Source of the DNA: Cytophagales bacterium
Lineage (GTDB): Bacteria > Bacteroidota > Bacteroidia > Cytophagales > MED-G16
Assembly: GCA_045568775.1 (NCBI GenBank)
Contig: JBJLAJ010000001.1
Coordinates: 1,596-65,595, forward strand
DNA length: 64,000 nucleotides
Direction: 5' to 3'
The notes under the pieces were generated by a model, which made no database searches, was not told the origin of the DNA, and saw only the letters and a program-made list of their open reading frames with translations. Below, piece by piece: positions 50,126-60,416 of the stretch (the first letter of the stretch is position 1; each line of letters begins with the position of its first letter). The position numbers were made by a program, and so were the translations under genes.

Positions 50126-51001
50126 ATGAAAGATGCATTCCTTAAATATCTATCATTTGAAAAGAGGCTAAGCTCTCATACTATAACCAGTTATAGTAAT
50201 GACCTTGATCAATTTCTACTTTTCTATAAAAGTTACTCTTTTAGTGATGACCTAATAAAAGTGGACAAAAGAGCAGTAAGGTCATGGGTTGTTGAACTTT
50301 CATTACAGAATTTATCACCAAGATCAATAAACAGAAAACTGGCAACATTAAAATCTTTTTTTAAATATCTTATTAAAAGAAGTTTAATTGAATCAAATCC
50401 AACATCTGGAATCAATTCCCTTAAAACAAATCAAGAAATTCCACAATTTATTAAGGAGAAAGACATGATGTTTTTATTTGATAATTTAGAATTAAACCAA
50501 GACTTTAAAGGAACCAGAGATTTTCTGATATTAGAATTATTGTACGGAACAGGGATTAGAATATCAGAACTTATTAATCTCAGATCATCCTATATTAATT
50601 TTACAAAAAAAGAAGTAAAAGTATTAGGAAAAAGAAATAAAGAAAGAATTATTCCACTACATGATAATGCCATAATTCAAATTAAAAAGTTTATTAAAAT
50701 AAAAAACGATCTCTCACTAGAGACATCAGAACTAATTTGTACAGAAAAAGGAAAAAAAACATATCCTATGTTAATTTCAAGAGTTGTAAAAAAACACTTG
50801 TCTTCATTAATTAATAGCAAAAAGTACAACCCACATTTGTTAAGACATACATTCGCAACCCATATCCTAAATAAAGGAGGAGACTTAAACTCAATTAAAG
50901 ATTTATTGGGCCATAAGAGTTTAGCGGCAACACAAATATACACTCATAATTCAATTGAAAAACTGAAGGAAACCTATAAAAAATCACACCCTAGGGCTTG
51001 A
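50126..51001 (+). CDS. xerC: Tyrosine recombinase XerC
   Basis: LYGTGIRISEL, GKRNKERIIP, HLLRHTFATH, LLGH, TQIYTH; follows rpsU as usual in Bacteroidota. Confidence 0.88.
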   Translation: MKDAFLKYLSFEKRLSSHTITSYSNDLDQFLLFYKSYSFSDDLIKVDKRAVRSWVVELSLQNLSPRSINRKLATLKSFFKYLIKRSLIESNPTSGINSLKTNQEIPQFIKEKDMMFLFDNLELNQDFKGTRDFLILELLYGTGIRISELINLRSSYINFTKKEVKVLGKRNKERIIPLHDNAIIQIKKFIKIKNDLSLETSELICTEKGKKTYPMLISRVVKKHLSSLINSKKYNPHLLRHTFATHILNKGGDLNSIKDLLGHKSLAATQIYTHNSIEKLKETYKKSHPRA

Positions 51002-51755
51002 AAAAGCTTTTTATTGAATTAATAAATTCATTAGGCTTTTCTGCATGAACCCAATGACCTGAATTTGGAATTTCATTTATTTTATAAAGCAAAAAGCTTT
51101 CAGATAACTCCTTGATATCATCCTTAGTAATATAATTTGAGTTTCCGCCTTTAATAAAAAGGACTTTATTTTTAATAGGTCTATTTAATTCTATTCTTGA
51201 AGATATTTTAACTATTGAACTAATTAGTAATTTAACATTGGGCCTCCAGTCAAAACATTCCCCATTCCTTTTTAAATTTTTAAGAATAAAATTTCTTTCT
51301 CCTTCTCTGGGAATAAACTCTTTTGATAGTAAAGTTGCTTGAGCCCTAGAGGTTATTTTTATTGAATTTAACATTTTAATTGCACTAAATACATGACTAA
51401 ACCTTTCAGAAGAATATTCTTTATTAACTATATCTACAACTATCAATTTATCTAAATTATCAGGATATAAATCAGCATATTTGATCCCCACTTTACCTCC
51501 CATCGAATGACCTATAATTGATATATTTCTAAGTGAATTCTTTTCACAAAATAAGTGTAAATCTTCTGCCATTTTTTGAAATGAAAACTCAGTGGTATGG
51601 TAAGATTTGCCGTGGTTTGGTAGGTCTAGTATTATTATTTTATAAGTACTAGAAAGAGTTTTTGATAGCGAAACCCAATTATCTAAAGACCCCAACAAAC
51701 CATGTAAAATTACTACGGGTTTTCCTTCACCATAAGATTTAAAATTGATCTTCAT
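50991..51755 (-). CDS. Alpha/beta hydrolase (YbfF/ABHD11-like)
   Basis: HGLLGSLDNW, GHSMGGK, GHWVHAEKP. Confidence 0.9.
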   Translation of the reverse strand: MKINFKSYGEGKPVVILHGLLGSLDNWVSLSKTLSSTYKIIILDLPNHGKSYHTTEFSFQKMAEDLHLFCEKNSLRNISIIGHSMGGKVGIKYADLYPDNLDKLIVVDIVNKEYSSERFSHVFSAIKMLNSIKITSRAQATLLSKEFIPREGERNFILKNLKRNGECFDWRPNVKLLISSIVKISSRIELNRPIKNKVLFIKGGNSNYITKDDIKELSESFLLYKINEIPNSGHWVHAEKPNEFINSIKSFFKP

Positions 51756-51757
51756 GT

Positions 51758-52474
51758 TTATTTCAACTGCTCAAGATAGCGTTTAATTGTTTTCTCCAAA
51801 CCATATATTAGAGAATCACATATTAAAGCATGCCCTATCGAAACTTCATATAAATTAGGAATTGATCTTTTAAAAAATAGTAAGTTTTCTAAATCTAAAT
51901 CATGTCCTGCGTTTACTTCAATTCCATTTTTTTGAGCATACTCAGAGACAGAAATATATTTATCTATTATTTTGTTTTCATTATCACCATATAATCTAGC
52001 ATAATCACCAGTATACAGCTCTATTCTGTCAACATCGTAATCTAAAGCAAAATTTATCATTGAGATAGACGGTTCAATAAAAAGAGAAACCTTTGAGCCT
52101 AACCTTTTTATTGATAATATTATTGATTTTATATCCATATTTAAGTCTGATTCCTTCCAACCTCTATTTGATGTTATAACATCGGGAGCATCCGGCACAA
52201 GTGTCACTTGTTCTGGCTTTATATCATTAATTATATTTAAAAATCTTACATCAGGATACCCTTCTATATTATAATCTGTTTTTACAACTTTTGAAATATC
52301 ATAAACATCCTGTAATGTAATGTGCCTTTCATCTGTTCTGGGGTGCACTGTTATACCATCTGCCCCATAAGATTCTATTTTTTTTACTAATTCTATAATA
52401 TTTGGATTATTGCCACCCCTAGCATTTCTTAAGGTTGCAATTTTATTCACATTTACGCTTAAACGGGTCTTCAT
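51758..52474 (-). CDS. pdxJ: Pyridoxine 5'-phosphate synthase
   Basis: LSVNVNKIATLRNARG, ITVHPR, NAGHDL, EVSIGHAL. Confidence 0.96.
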   Translation of the reverse strand: MKTRLSVNVNKIATLRNARGGNNPNIIELVKKIESYGADGITVHPRTDERHITLQDVYDISKVVKTDYNIEGYPDVRFLNIINDIKPEQVTLVPDAPDVITSNRGWKESDLNMDIKSIILSIKRLGSKVSLFIEPSISMINFALDYDVDRIELYTGDYARLYGDNENKIIDKYISVSEYAQKNGIEVNAGHDLDLENLLFFKRSIPNLYEVSIGHALICDSLIYGLEKTIKRYLEQLK

Positions 52475-52503
52475 TAAATCAGTATTTAATAACTTTGTTA
52501 GAA

Positions 52504-52941
52504 ATGAATCTCAAAAATACAATAGATAATCAAATAAAGGAAGCTATGCTAAGCAAAAGCAAGGATAGATTAATTCCTCTTAGGGCAATTAAAGCTGCAA
52601 TCCTGTTAGAAGAAAAAAACGGAAAAGCTGATAATATAAATGAGATACAACTTCTGATGAAACTCATAAAACAACGAAAAGATTCTCTTACCCTTTATAA
52701 TGAACAAAAAAGGGAAGATCTTGCAAAAAAAGAAGAAAGTGAAATATTAATAATTGAGGAGTTCTTACCAAAACAATTAGATGATAATGAGCTATCAAAA
52801 GAAATAGATAGTATTATAAGTTTTTCCGAGGCTACTAGCATAAAAGAAATGGGAAAAGTAATGGGTATAGCAACAAAGAAATTGTCCGGAAAGGCAGATA
52901 ACTCTAGAATTGCTAAAATCATTAAAGAAAAACTGAGTTGA
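52504..52941 (+). CDS. GatB/YqeY domain protein
   Basis: ATG at 52504; KQRKDS, FLPKQL, MGKVMG, GKAD. Confidence 0.92.
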   Translation: MNLKNTIDNQIKEAMLSKSKDRLIPLRAIKAAILLEEKNGKADNINEIQLLMKLIKQRKDSLTLYNEQKREDLAKKEESEILIIEEFLPKQLDDNELSKEIDSIISFSEATSIKEMGKVMGIATKKLSGKADNSRIAKIIKEKLS

Positions 52942-53468
52942 ATTTGATTGATATTTTTTTTGCTTTTTTCCTTATTTACTATTCCTACAAAGGATTTAAA
53001 AAAGGTTTCATGATAAGTCTTATAAGCTTTGTGTCAATATTTTTAAGTATCATAATTTCACTAAACTATTCACATATAATTTCTAACCTATTACTAAGTT
53101 TCTTACCTAACTCAGAAAAATTATTATTAGGATTTATATCTATAGTAATAACATTTTTTATTTCATCCTTCATTATAAATAAAATATCCAAGGGTTTAAA
53201 ATATGTTTTAGACATGACTTTGATTGGTCTTGTTGACGATATATCTGGGGCGTTTTTTGGTCTTTTGACAACCTCCCTATTCATAAGTTTTATGATAAAT
53301 ATATTACAATACTTTGACGTTACACTATTTGAGGAAGAAATAAAAAAATCAATAATTAGTTATTATTTATTTGATTTTGCCCCTAATACTTTTGCCTATT
53401 TTATTGACTTCTTTCCATCGCTTGAATTTATTGTAGAAGGCAATACACATGATAAAACAACAGTATAA
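52938..53468 (+). CDS. CvpA family membrane protein
   Basis: YKGFKKGF, four TM helices, SGAFFG. Confidence 0.85.
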   Translation: MNLIDIFFAFFLIYYSYKGFKKGFMISLISFVSIFLSIIISLNYSHIISNLLLSFLPNSEKLLLGFISIVITFFISSFIINKISKGLKYVLDMTLIGLVDDISGAFFGLLTTSLFISFMINILQYFDVTLFEEEIKKSIISYYLFDFAPNTFAYFIDFFPSLEFIVEGNTHDKTTV

Positions 53469-54203
53469 ATGATTGAAAAGAAAACGTATATTGAAAAAGG
53501 CAAAGGAGAACCTATAATACTTTTACATGGATTATTTGGAGCATTAAGCAATTGGGAGAGTGTTGTTTCAACATATTCAAAAACTCATAGAGTAATTATA
53601 CCAAAAATTCCATTAACTGAAATTAATGTAGAAAAAGCAAATCTAAGATCATTAACTGAATACGTAAAAAAATTTATTAACAAGATGAAACTCAAAAGGT
53701 TCATTCTAATTGGAAATTCATTAGGTGGTCACATAGGTTTAATTTATTCTATACTAAATCCAAAAAAAGTCATCAAATTAATTTTAACTGGGAGTTCTGG
53801 CTTATATGAGAATTCATTTGGTGGTTCTTTTCCCAAAAGAGGTGACTATGATTATATAAATGATAGGGTTAATCATACATTTTATAATCCTGATATTCTA
53901 ACAAAAAAATATATTGATGAAATATTCTCAACTTTAAATGACAACGCTAAATGTTTAAACATTATAACCATAGCTAGATCAGCACAAAGAAACAACCTAG
54001 CAAAAAAACTTTATAAAATAAAATGTCCAACTTTATTGGTGTGGGGATTAAATGACACAATAACACCACCTTCTGTAGCACATCAATTCAACAAATTAAT
54101 ACCCAAATCTAAATTGGCATTTATTGATAAATGTTGCCACGCTCCTATGATGGAAACCCCCTTAAAATTTAACAAAATAATAAAACCTTTTATATATTCA
54201 TAA
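53469..54203 (+). CDS. Alpha/beta hydrolase
   Basis: LLHGLFGALSNW, GNSLGGH, CCHAPMME. Confidence 0.9.
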   Translation: MIEKKTYIEKGKGEPIILLHGLFGALSNWESVVSTYSKTHRVIIPKIPLTEINVEKANLRSLTEYVKKFINKMKLKRFILIGNSLGGHIGLIYSILNPKKVIKLILTGSSGLYENSFGGSFPKRGDYDYINDRVNHTFYNPDILTKKYIDEIFSTLNDNAKCLNIITIARSAQRNNLAKKLYKIKCPTLLVWGLNDTITPPSVAHQFNKLIPKSKLAFIDKCCHAPMMETPLKFNKIIKPFIYS

Positions 54204-54205
54204 TT

Positions 54206-55060
54206 ATGAAAATTGGTATTAATGGTATAAAAATTAGAGGTGATAAAAAGAAAATATTAAAATCCTTTATTGAGTTTTTAGAAAGCAAAAATTTCACTAT
54301 TTACTTTTCTTCTGAACTAAGTAAGTGTTTCACAAAATCTGAATATAAAACTTATACCTCAAAAAATATCTCAAAATTAGATTTCATAATAAGTTTGGGT
54401 GGTGATGGGACCTTACTGAATACAGTAACTCATGTTGGAAAATCAAACACTAAGATTTTAGGTGTCAATATAGGTAAACTAGGTTTTTTATCATTTGATG
54501 CTCATGATGTTTTTGAAAAAATAATAGATGATATTATCAATGAAAATTACTCCCTAGAAAAAAGATCACTTGTAACACTAAAAAATCATAATAAAACTAT
54601 TGAAAAAGATTTTGCATTAAATGAAATTTCTATCATTAAAAAAGACTCATCTTCAATGATAAAAATTCACTGTTACATTGATAATAAATTTATATGCACA
54701 TACTGGTCAGATGGATTAATAATTTCAACGCCAACTGGATCTACTGGTTATTCTCTTTCATGTGGTGGTCCTATTTTAACTCCTAATAACAAAAACCTTG
54801 TAATTACACCAATAAGTCCACATAATTTAGGTCTAAGGAGCATAATTATATCTGACGATTCAAAAATTAAATTGAAAGTTGAAAATCAAAAATATAATTT
54901 TCTGGTATCCATGGACTCCCGATCATATACATTTAAGGGCAATCAGGAATTTACAATTGAAAAGTCAAAGTTTTGTGTAAATCTTATCCACTCTAATGAA
55001 TTTGATTTTTTTGAGACATTAAGAAAAAAACTTAATTGGGGTTTTGATCTAAGAAATTAA
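54206..55060 (+). CDS. nadK: NAD kinase
   Basis: GGDGTLL, GKLGFL, ALNE, DGLIISTPTGSTGYSLSCGGP. Confidence 0.95.
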   Translation: MKIGINGIKIRGDKKKILKSFIEFLESKNFTIYFSSELSKCFTKSEYKTYTSKNISKLDFIISLGGDGTLLNTVTHVGKSNTKILGVNIGKLGFLSFDAHDVFEKIIDDIINENYSLEKRSLVTLKNHNKTIEKDFALNEISIIKKDSSSMIKIHCYIDNKFICTYWSDGLIISTPTGSTGYSLSCGGPILTPNNKNLVITPISPHNLGLRSIIISDDSKIKLKVENQKYNFLVSMDSRSYTFKGNQEFTIEKSKFCVNLIHSNEFDFFETLRKKLNWGFDLRN

Positions 55061-55092
55061 TACAATAATTATAATTCATTCGTTATTAACTC

Positions 55093-55830
55093 ATGAAAAA
55101 ACAGATTATTAGTTTAATAGTTTTATTTACCATAACCATTAATTGTTATTCTCAATTTATTGAGCCAGGTATTAGTGTTGGGTTAAATAGTTATTCTGGT
55201 GATTTAAAAAGAGGTTATTCTCCATTTCCTGGAGAGATAGGCTTTGAGATTTTTAATAGATTTAATATAAGCTCTCACCAAACTTTTAAAATCTCTTATA
55301 AAAGAGGGTCTTTAAAGGGTAAAGAACTAATAGATGATGCTTTATCTGCAAGTAGAGACATGAGTTTCAAATCTAAAATTTCAGAAATTTCTGGAAAAAT
55401 TGAATATAATTTTTTAGACTATTTTGATGAAGTAAGTAAGCTAGATTTTACCCCATATTTATTTTTTGGGATTGGAGCTACTATTTTAAAAAATGTTGAA
55501 GAAAGAGAAAATATGTTGGATAGCAAAGAATTATTTATAAATGTTCCTTTTGGTTTGGGTTTCAAATATCTGATTAACAAACGTTTTTCTTTAGCATTTG
55601 AGTTAGAAATAAAAAAAACGTTTAATGATAACTTAGATTATATGTCTGGGGCAAATACAAAAAATATAAATAATGTGACTGGGCTAAACTTTAATAATAG
55701 TATTAAAAATTTTCAGTATGGAAGCGGAAATGATAATGACTTTTACTATTTCACAGGGATTAGTATTAGTTACATATTTTATAGAATTCCCTGCCCAAAA
55801 AATTCAGCACCTTACAATGGTATCTATTAA
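55093..55830 (+). CDS. DUF6089/PorG-like outer-membrane beta-barrel
   Basis: Signal peptide, YSGDL, FTPYLFFGIG, PFGLGFKY, DNLD; position before uppS-bamA. Confidence 0.8.
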   Translation: MKKQIISLIVLFTITINCYSQFIEPGISVGLNSYSGDLKRGYSPFPGEIGFEIFNRFNISSHQTFKISYKRGSLKGKELIDDALSASRDMSFKSKISEISGKIEYNFLDYFDEVSKLDFTPYLFFGIGATILKNVEERENMLDSKELFINVPFGLGFKYLINKRFSLAFELEIKKTFNDNLDYMSGANTKNINNVTGLNFNNSIKNFQYGSGNDNDFYYFTGISISYIFYRIPCPKNSAPYNGIY

Positions 55831-55836
55831 ATTTGA

Positions 55837-56544
55837 ATGATGAAAAAAAAAAATAATGTGCCTAGTCATATCGCAATAGTTATGGACGGCAATGGAAGAT
55901 GGGCAAAAATAAGAGGAAAGTCTAGAATTGAAGGGCATATTAAAGCAAAAAAAAGCGTAAGAGAATCAATAGAGTTTTGTGTTGAAAATAAAATAGACTA
56001 TTTAAGTTTATTTGCTTTTTCTACTGAAAACTGGAGTAGACCCAAACTTGAAGTAAAGGCACTTATGAATCTACTTCATGTGGTCATTAAAGAAGAACTT
56101 AATAATCTAATAGAACAAAATATTAAACTAAAAGTAATTGGAGATCTAAAGGGTTTACCAAAAAAAACAGAAGAAAGTCTAAAAGTAGCAATATCAAAGA
56201 CAAAAGAAAACGGTGGATTAACTCTGATATTAGCAATAAACTACTCAGGAAAATGGGATATCCTTAATGCAACAAAAAAAATTCTTGAAAATGAAACAAA
56301 AGTGGATTTTGCTAATTTTAACGAAAAATATTTTGAAAACCATTTAGCAACAAGTAACATTCCGGAACCAGAATTAATGATCAGAACAAGTGGTGAACAA
56401 AGAATTAGTAATTTTTATTTATGGCAATCAGCTTATTCAGAATTATATTTTACTGACATTTTGTGGCCTGATTTTAGTAAAAAAGAATTAAATAATGCTA
56501 TTTTCGAGTTTAAAAAAAGAAATAGACGTTTTGGGTCAGTTTAA
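55837..56544 (+). CDS. uppS: Undecaprenyl diphosphate synthase
   Basis: HIAIVMDGNGRWA, FAFSTENWSRP, IRTSGEQRISNF. Confidence 0.96.
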   Translation: MMKKKNNVPSHIAIVMDGNGRWAKIRGKSRIEGHIKAKKSVRESIEFCVENKIDYLSLFAFSTENWSRPKLEVKALMNLLHVVIKEELNNLIEQNIKLKVIGDLKGLPKKTEESLKVAISKTKENGGLTLILAINYSGKWDILNATKKILENETKVDFANFNEKYFENHLATSNIPEPELMIRTSGEQRISNFYLWQSAYSELYFTDILWPDFSKKELNNAIFEFKKRNRRFGSV

Positions 56545-56548
56545 AATA

Positions 56549-59341
56549 ATGAGAAAAATACTATTTTCATTTTTATTCGTATTAGTGTTTGTCTTTGGAG
56601 CAAAAGGCCAAATAAGATATGATATAAATAACGAACAGCAAATAGCTATTAGTTATACCAACCCTAAAACATACGAAGTTGCCAAAATTGAAATTATCGG
56701 AGAAAAATATTTAGATGAAATAGCCCTTAAGTCATTATCGGGAATAAAAGTTGGAGATAAAATTTCCATTCCTGGAGAAGCTATTTCTGGAGCAATTAAA
56801 AAGCTGTGGAAACAAGGAATTATTGGTGACATCAAAATTTTAGTTAATAAGATTGAAGATGATAAAATCTTTTTATCTATTGTATTAAAAGAAAGACCTC
56901 GATTAAGCACATTTGAGATAAATGGAATTGGAAGAACTCAAAAGTCAGAATTATCAGAAAAAATTAATTTAATTAGAGGTAGAATAGTAACTGATGCAAT
57001 AATCAAAAACACACAAAATACTGTCGAAAACTATTTCAAAAAGAAAGGTTTTTTTAATGTAGATGTCAATATCCAGCAGGAGACAGATAGTGTTGTTGCA
57101 AATAGCATCAAACTTGATATCGCCGTCGAAAAAAATAAAAAAGTAAAAATTAGTAATGTTTCTTTTGATGGAAATTATAATTTTTCAGATGCTAAATTAA
57201 AAGGGAAATTAAAAAAATCTGGAGAGAGGGTAAGAATAAATTTGTTTAAAGAACTTTTTATAAAATCTTTCAGTTTATTAAAACCAAAAAATTTATTTGG
57301 CAATAAAAAAGGTATAGATAGATATGAATTAATAAACTTTATTACCGATAACACTAAAGTTAATTTTTTAAAATCTAGTAAATTCATTTCATCAGAGTTT
57401 GAAAATGACAAGGACAACCTTATTTCTTTCTACCAATCTAAAGGGTATAGAGATATTAAGATTCTTGGGGAGGGGGTCTCAAGGTATGGGGATTATGTTG
57501 ATCTAAATCTTACAATTGATCCGGGAAGTCAATATTACTTTAGAAATATTAACTGGACGGGAAATTATATTTATGAAGAAGATATACTAAATGAGGTTCT
57601 AGGAATTTCTAAAGGAGATGTATATGACACAGAAACATTAGAAAAGAAAATAACATATAACCCTAAAGGTTCTGATGTTTCATCTTTATATCAAGATAAC
57701 GGATATCTGTTCTCAAATATTCAACCTATAGAAATTGGAATAATTGGAGATTCTGTAGATGTAGAAATGAGGATATATGAAGGCGCGCAAGCTACTATAA
57801 ATAAAATTTTCATAAAAGGTAATGACAGAACAAGTGATCATGTTATTAGAAGAGAGCTAAGGACTATACCTGGACAAAAATATAATAGATCTGAATTAAT
57901 TAGAACACAGAGAGAGTTATCACAACTTGGATACTTTGACCCTGAGAGTATAAATCCTATTCCAATTCCAAACCCCCAAAATGAAACAGTAGATATAACC
58001 TGGGAATTGGCTGAAAAACCAAGTGATCAGGTTGAGCTTTCAGGAGGATGGGGTGGATACTTTGGATTCGTTGGAACAGTGGGTTTAAGTTTTAGTAATT
58101 TTTCAGTAAAAAACATTAAAGATTTCAGTAAATGGAGACCATTACCAGTTGGTGACGGTCAAAAATTGTCTGTTAGAGTTCAAGCCAACGGAAGACAATA
58201 TCAAACATATTCATTTACTTTTGCAGAGCCTTGGTTAGGAGGAAGAAAACCAAATAATTTTAGTATAAATTATAGTTACTCCGTAAACAGAATGCTTGAT
58301 TTCTTTGGCACAGGAATGGGTGGTTATAACCCTTATGGTGGTTACGGTGGATACGGTGGTGGTTACGGTGGTTACGGTTACGGTGGTTACGGTGGTTACG
58401 GTGGTTACGGTGGTTACGGTGGTTACGGTGGTTACGGGTATAACGGACAGTCTTCAAAAGATAGTGAAATTATTGGTTCAATGAAGGTTCATGCGGTAAC
58501 AATGGGACTTGGAAGACGAGTAAAGTGGCCAGATGATTTTTTCGTTATTTCAAACTCTCTTGTTTATTATAACTATGACCTATTTAACTTTGGTCAATCA
58601 TTAGGTTTTGATACAGGAATTACTAATACTATAGCTTTCAAAACAAATATTTCGAGGAATAGCGTTGATAATCCAATGTTCCCTCGTAGCGGATCTATGT
58701 TTTCTTTAGATGTTGCAATAACACCCCCTTATTCAAAATGGAATAACATAAATTATGAAACTGCTGAGCCTCAAGAAATATATAAATGGGCAGAATACCA
58801 CAAGTGGATGTTCGACTCTAAATTTTATACCAAAATAATTGGAGACTTAGTTCTAGAATCAAGGGCCCACTTTGGTTATATTGGAGCCTATGGAGATGAA
58901 AATAAAATTGGTCCTTTTGAAAGGTTTTATCTGGGTGGTGATGGGTTATCTGGATCTTACAGCAACTTCTTATTAGGAACAGAAAGAATAGCATTAAGGG
59001 GATATGAAAACAACTCACTTGTTCCGCTTGACATTGATAAAAATATTAGAGGTGGAACAATTTATAATAAATTTGTTTTTGAGTTAAGACACCCTATATC
59101 ATTAAACCCTAACGCTACAATTTTTGGATTAACATTCATTGAGGCAGGTAATAATTGGAATTCACAAAAAGATTTTAATCCTTTTGAATTATATAGATCT
59201 GCAGGCATTGGAGTTAGAATATTTATGCCAGCCTTCGGCTTACTTGGAATAGATTGGGGTTATGGTTTTGACAAATTACCAGGCCAACCAAATATATCGG
59301 GTCCTCAATTTCACTTTTCAATTGGCCAACAGTTAAGATAA
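56549..59341 (+). CDS. bamA: Outer-membrane protein assembly factor BamA
   Basis: ATG at 56549 with signal peptide, POTRA repeats, ELSGGWG, LRGY, C-terminal FHFSIGQQ. Confidence 0.95.
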   Translation: MRKILFSFLFVLVFVFGAKGQIRYDINNEQQIAISYTNPKTYEVAKIEIIGEKYLDEIALKSLSGIKVGDKISIPGEAISGAIKKLWKQGIIGDIKILVNKIEDDKIFLSIVLKERPRLSTFEINGIGRTQKSELSEKINLIRGRIVTDAIIKNTQNTVENYFKKKGFFNVDVNIQQETDSVVANSIKLDIAVEKNKKVKISNVSFDGNYNFSDAKLKGKLKKSGERVRINLFKELFIKSFSLLKPKNLFGNKKGIDRYELINFITDNTKVNFLKSSKFISSEFENDKDNLISFYQSKGYRDIKILGEGVSRYGDYVDLNLTIDPGSQYYFRNINWTGNYIYEEDILNEVLGISKGDVYDTETLEKKITYNPKGSDVSSLYQDNGYLFSNIQPIEIGIIGDSVDVEMRIYEGAQATINKIFIKGNDRTSDHVIRRELRTIPGQKYNRSELIRTQRELSQLGYFDPESINPIPIPNPQNETVDITWELAEKPSDQVELSGGWGGYFGFVGTVGLSFSNFSVKNIKDFSKWRPLPVGDGQKLSVRVQANGRQYQTYSFTFAEPWLGGRKPNNFSINYSYSVNRMLDFFGTGMGGYNPYGGYGGYGGGYGGYGYGGYGGYGGYGGYGGYGGYGYNGQSSKDSEIIGSMKVHAVTMGLGRRVKWPDDFFVISNSLVYYNYDLFNFGQSLGFDTGITNTIAFKTNISRNSVDNPMFPRSGSMFSLDVAITPPYSKWNNINYETAEPQEIYKWAEYHKWMFDSKFYTKIIGDLVLESRAHFGYIGAYGDENKIGPFERFYLGGDGLSGSYSNFLLGTERIALRGYENNSLVPLDIDKNIRGGTIYNKFVFELRHPISLNPNATIFGLTFIEAGNNWNSQKDFNPFELYRSAGIGVRIFMPAFGLLGIDWGYGFDKLPGQPNISGPQFHFSIGQQLR
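58337..58441 (+). repeat. GGTGGTTAC (Gly-Gly-Tyr) microsatellite within bamA
   Basis: Six perfect 9-bp copies at 58382-58435 plus degenerate copies upstream. Confidence 0.95.
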
Positions 59342-59859
59342 TGATAAGATTAATTTTGATTTTTTGTTTGATTTTTTGTTTTGAAGGTTATTCTCAAAAA
59401 TTTGGATATGTAAACTCTGAATTTATATTGAATAGTATGCCGGAATATAAGGAAGCTTTGTCTGAAATAGATAATTTATCTAAGGCTTGGGAGAAAGAAG
59501 TAAGTGACATGTATATTGAAATTGAAAAAAAGGAAATTATTTTAAAAAATGAAGAGATTTTATTAACAAAAGAAATGTATGAAGAGAAGAGGTTGCAATT
59601 AGACGAAGAATGGAAAGAAATTAAAAACTATCAACAAAAAGTTTTTGGATTTGAAGGCCTTTACTTTCTTAAAAAAAAGGAGCTTATTCAACCAATACAA
59701 GACGTCTTATTTGAGTCTATTGAAAAGGTTGCAAAAAAAAACAGGCTCCAAATTATATTTGATAAATCTTCAGAGCCAGTTTTGTTATATACAAACCCTA
59801 TACATGACTATACCGATTATGTTTTAGAAGATTTAGGAGTAACTAAAAAAAATAATTAA
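59341..59859 (+). CDS. OmpH/Skp periplasmic chaperone
   Basis: QKFGYVNSEFIL, coiled coil, DYTDYVL. Confidence 0.9.
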   Translation: MIRLILIFCLIFCFEGYSQKFGYVNSEFILNSMPEYKEALSEIDNLSKAWEKEVSDMYIEIEKKEIILKNEEILLTKEMYEEKRLQLDEEWKEIKNYQQKVFGFEGLYFLKKKELIQPIQDVLFESIEKVAKKNRLQIIFDKSSEPVLLYTNPIHDYTDYVLEDLGVTKKNN

Positions 59860-59881
59860 TTTTGTAACTAAATTCACAATT

Positions 59882-60412
59882 ATGAAAAAAATAAATTTAT
59901 TACTTATTGGTCTATTAATCTCAATAGGCGCTATAGGTCAAGACATAAAAATTGGCTATACAAATGTTGAATATATTCTAAGCTTTCTTCCTGAAACTAA
60001 ACAGGTTCAAAGTGAAGTCCAAGCTTATGGCACACAATTACAGAATCAATTACAGTCAAAGATTACAGATTTCCAAAGTAAGGCAGATGCTTTTCAAAAA
60101 ACTGCAGCAACAATGACTGATCTTATTAGGGCTGATAAACAAGAAGAGCTTCAAAACTTACAAGCTTCAATTCAAAAGTTTCAAACTGAGGCACAAACAT
60201 CTATTGCTCAAAAAGAGCAAGATTTATTTAAACCTCTATTTGAAAAAATTAGTAATGCAATTAATGTAGTTTCTGAAAGAGAAAGTTATTCTCATGTTTT
60301 TAGTGCTGGGGTCCCAGGTGTGGATGTCCTTTTGTATGCCAGACCAACTGATGATATATCTAATCTTGTGTTAGCTGAATTAGGAATAGATCCTCCAGCA
60401 AACAACAATTAA
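59882..60412 (+). CDS. OmpH/Skp periplasmic chaperone (second copy)
   Basis: KIGYTNVEYIL, coiled coil, LLYA..DISNLVL. Confidence 0.9.
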   Translation: MKKINLLLIGLLISIGAIGQDIKIGYTNVEYILSFLPETKQVQSEVQAYGTQLQNQLQSKITDFQSKADAFQKTAATMTDLIRADKQEELQNLQASIQKFQTEAQTSIAQKEQDLFKPLFEKISNAINVVSERESYSHVFSAGVPGVDVLLYARPTDDISNLVLAELGIDPPANNN

Positions 60413-60416
60413 TATA

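Noticed and set aside
50126-51001. Tyrosine recombinase as a mobile-element integrase
   Set aside because: 291-aa XerC-type protein in the conserved rpsU-xerC housekeeping context, with no arm domain or cargo
58260-58484. ORFs with (RNH)n and (TVV)n repeats
   Set aside because: Alternative-frame and antisense shadows of the bamA GGTGGTTAC repeat
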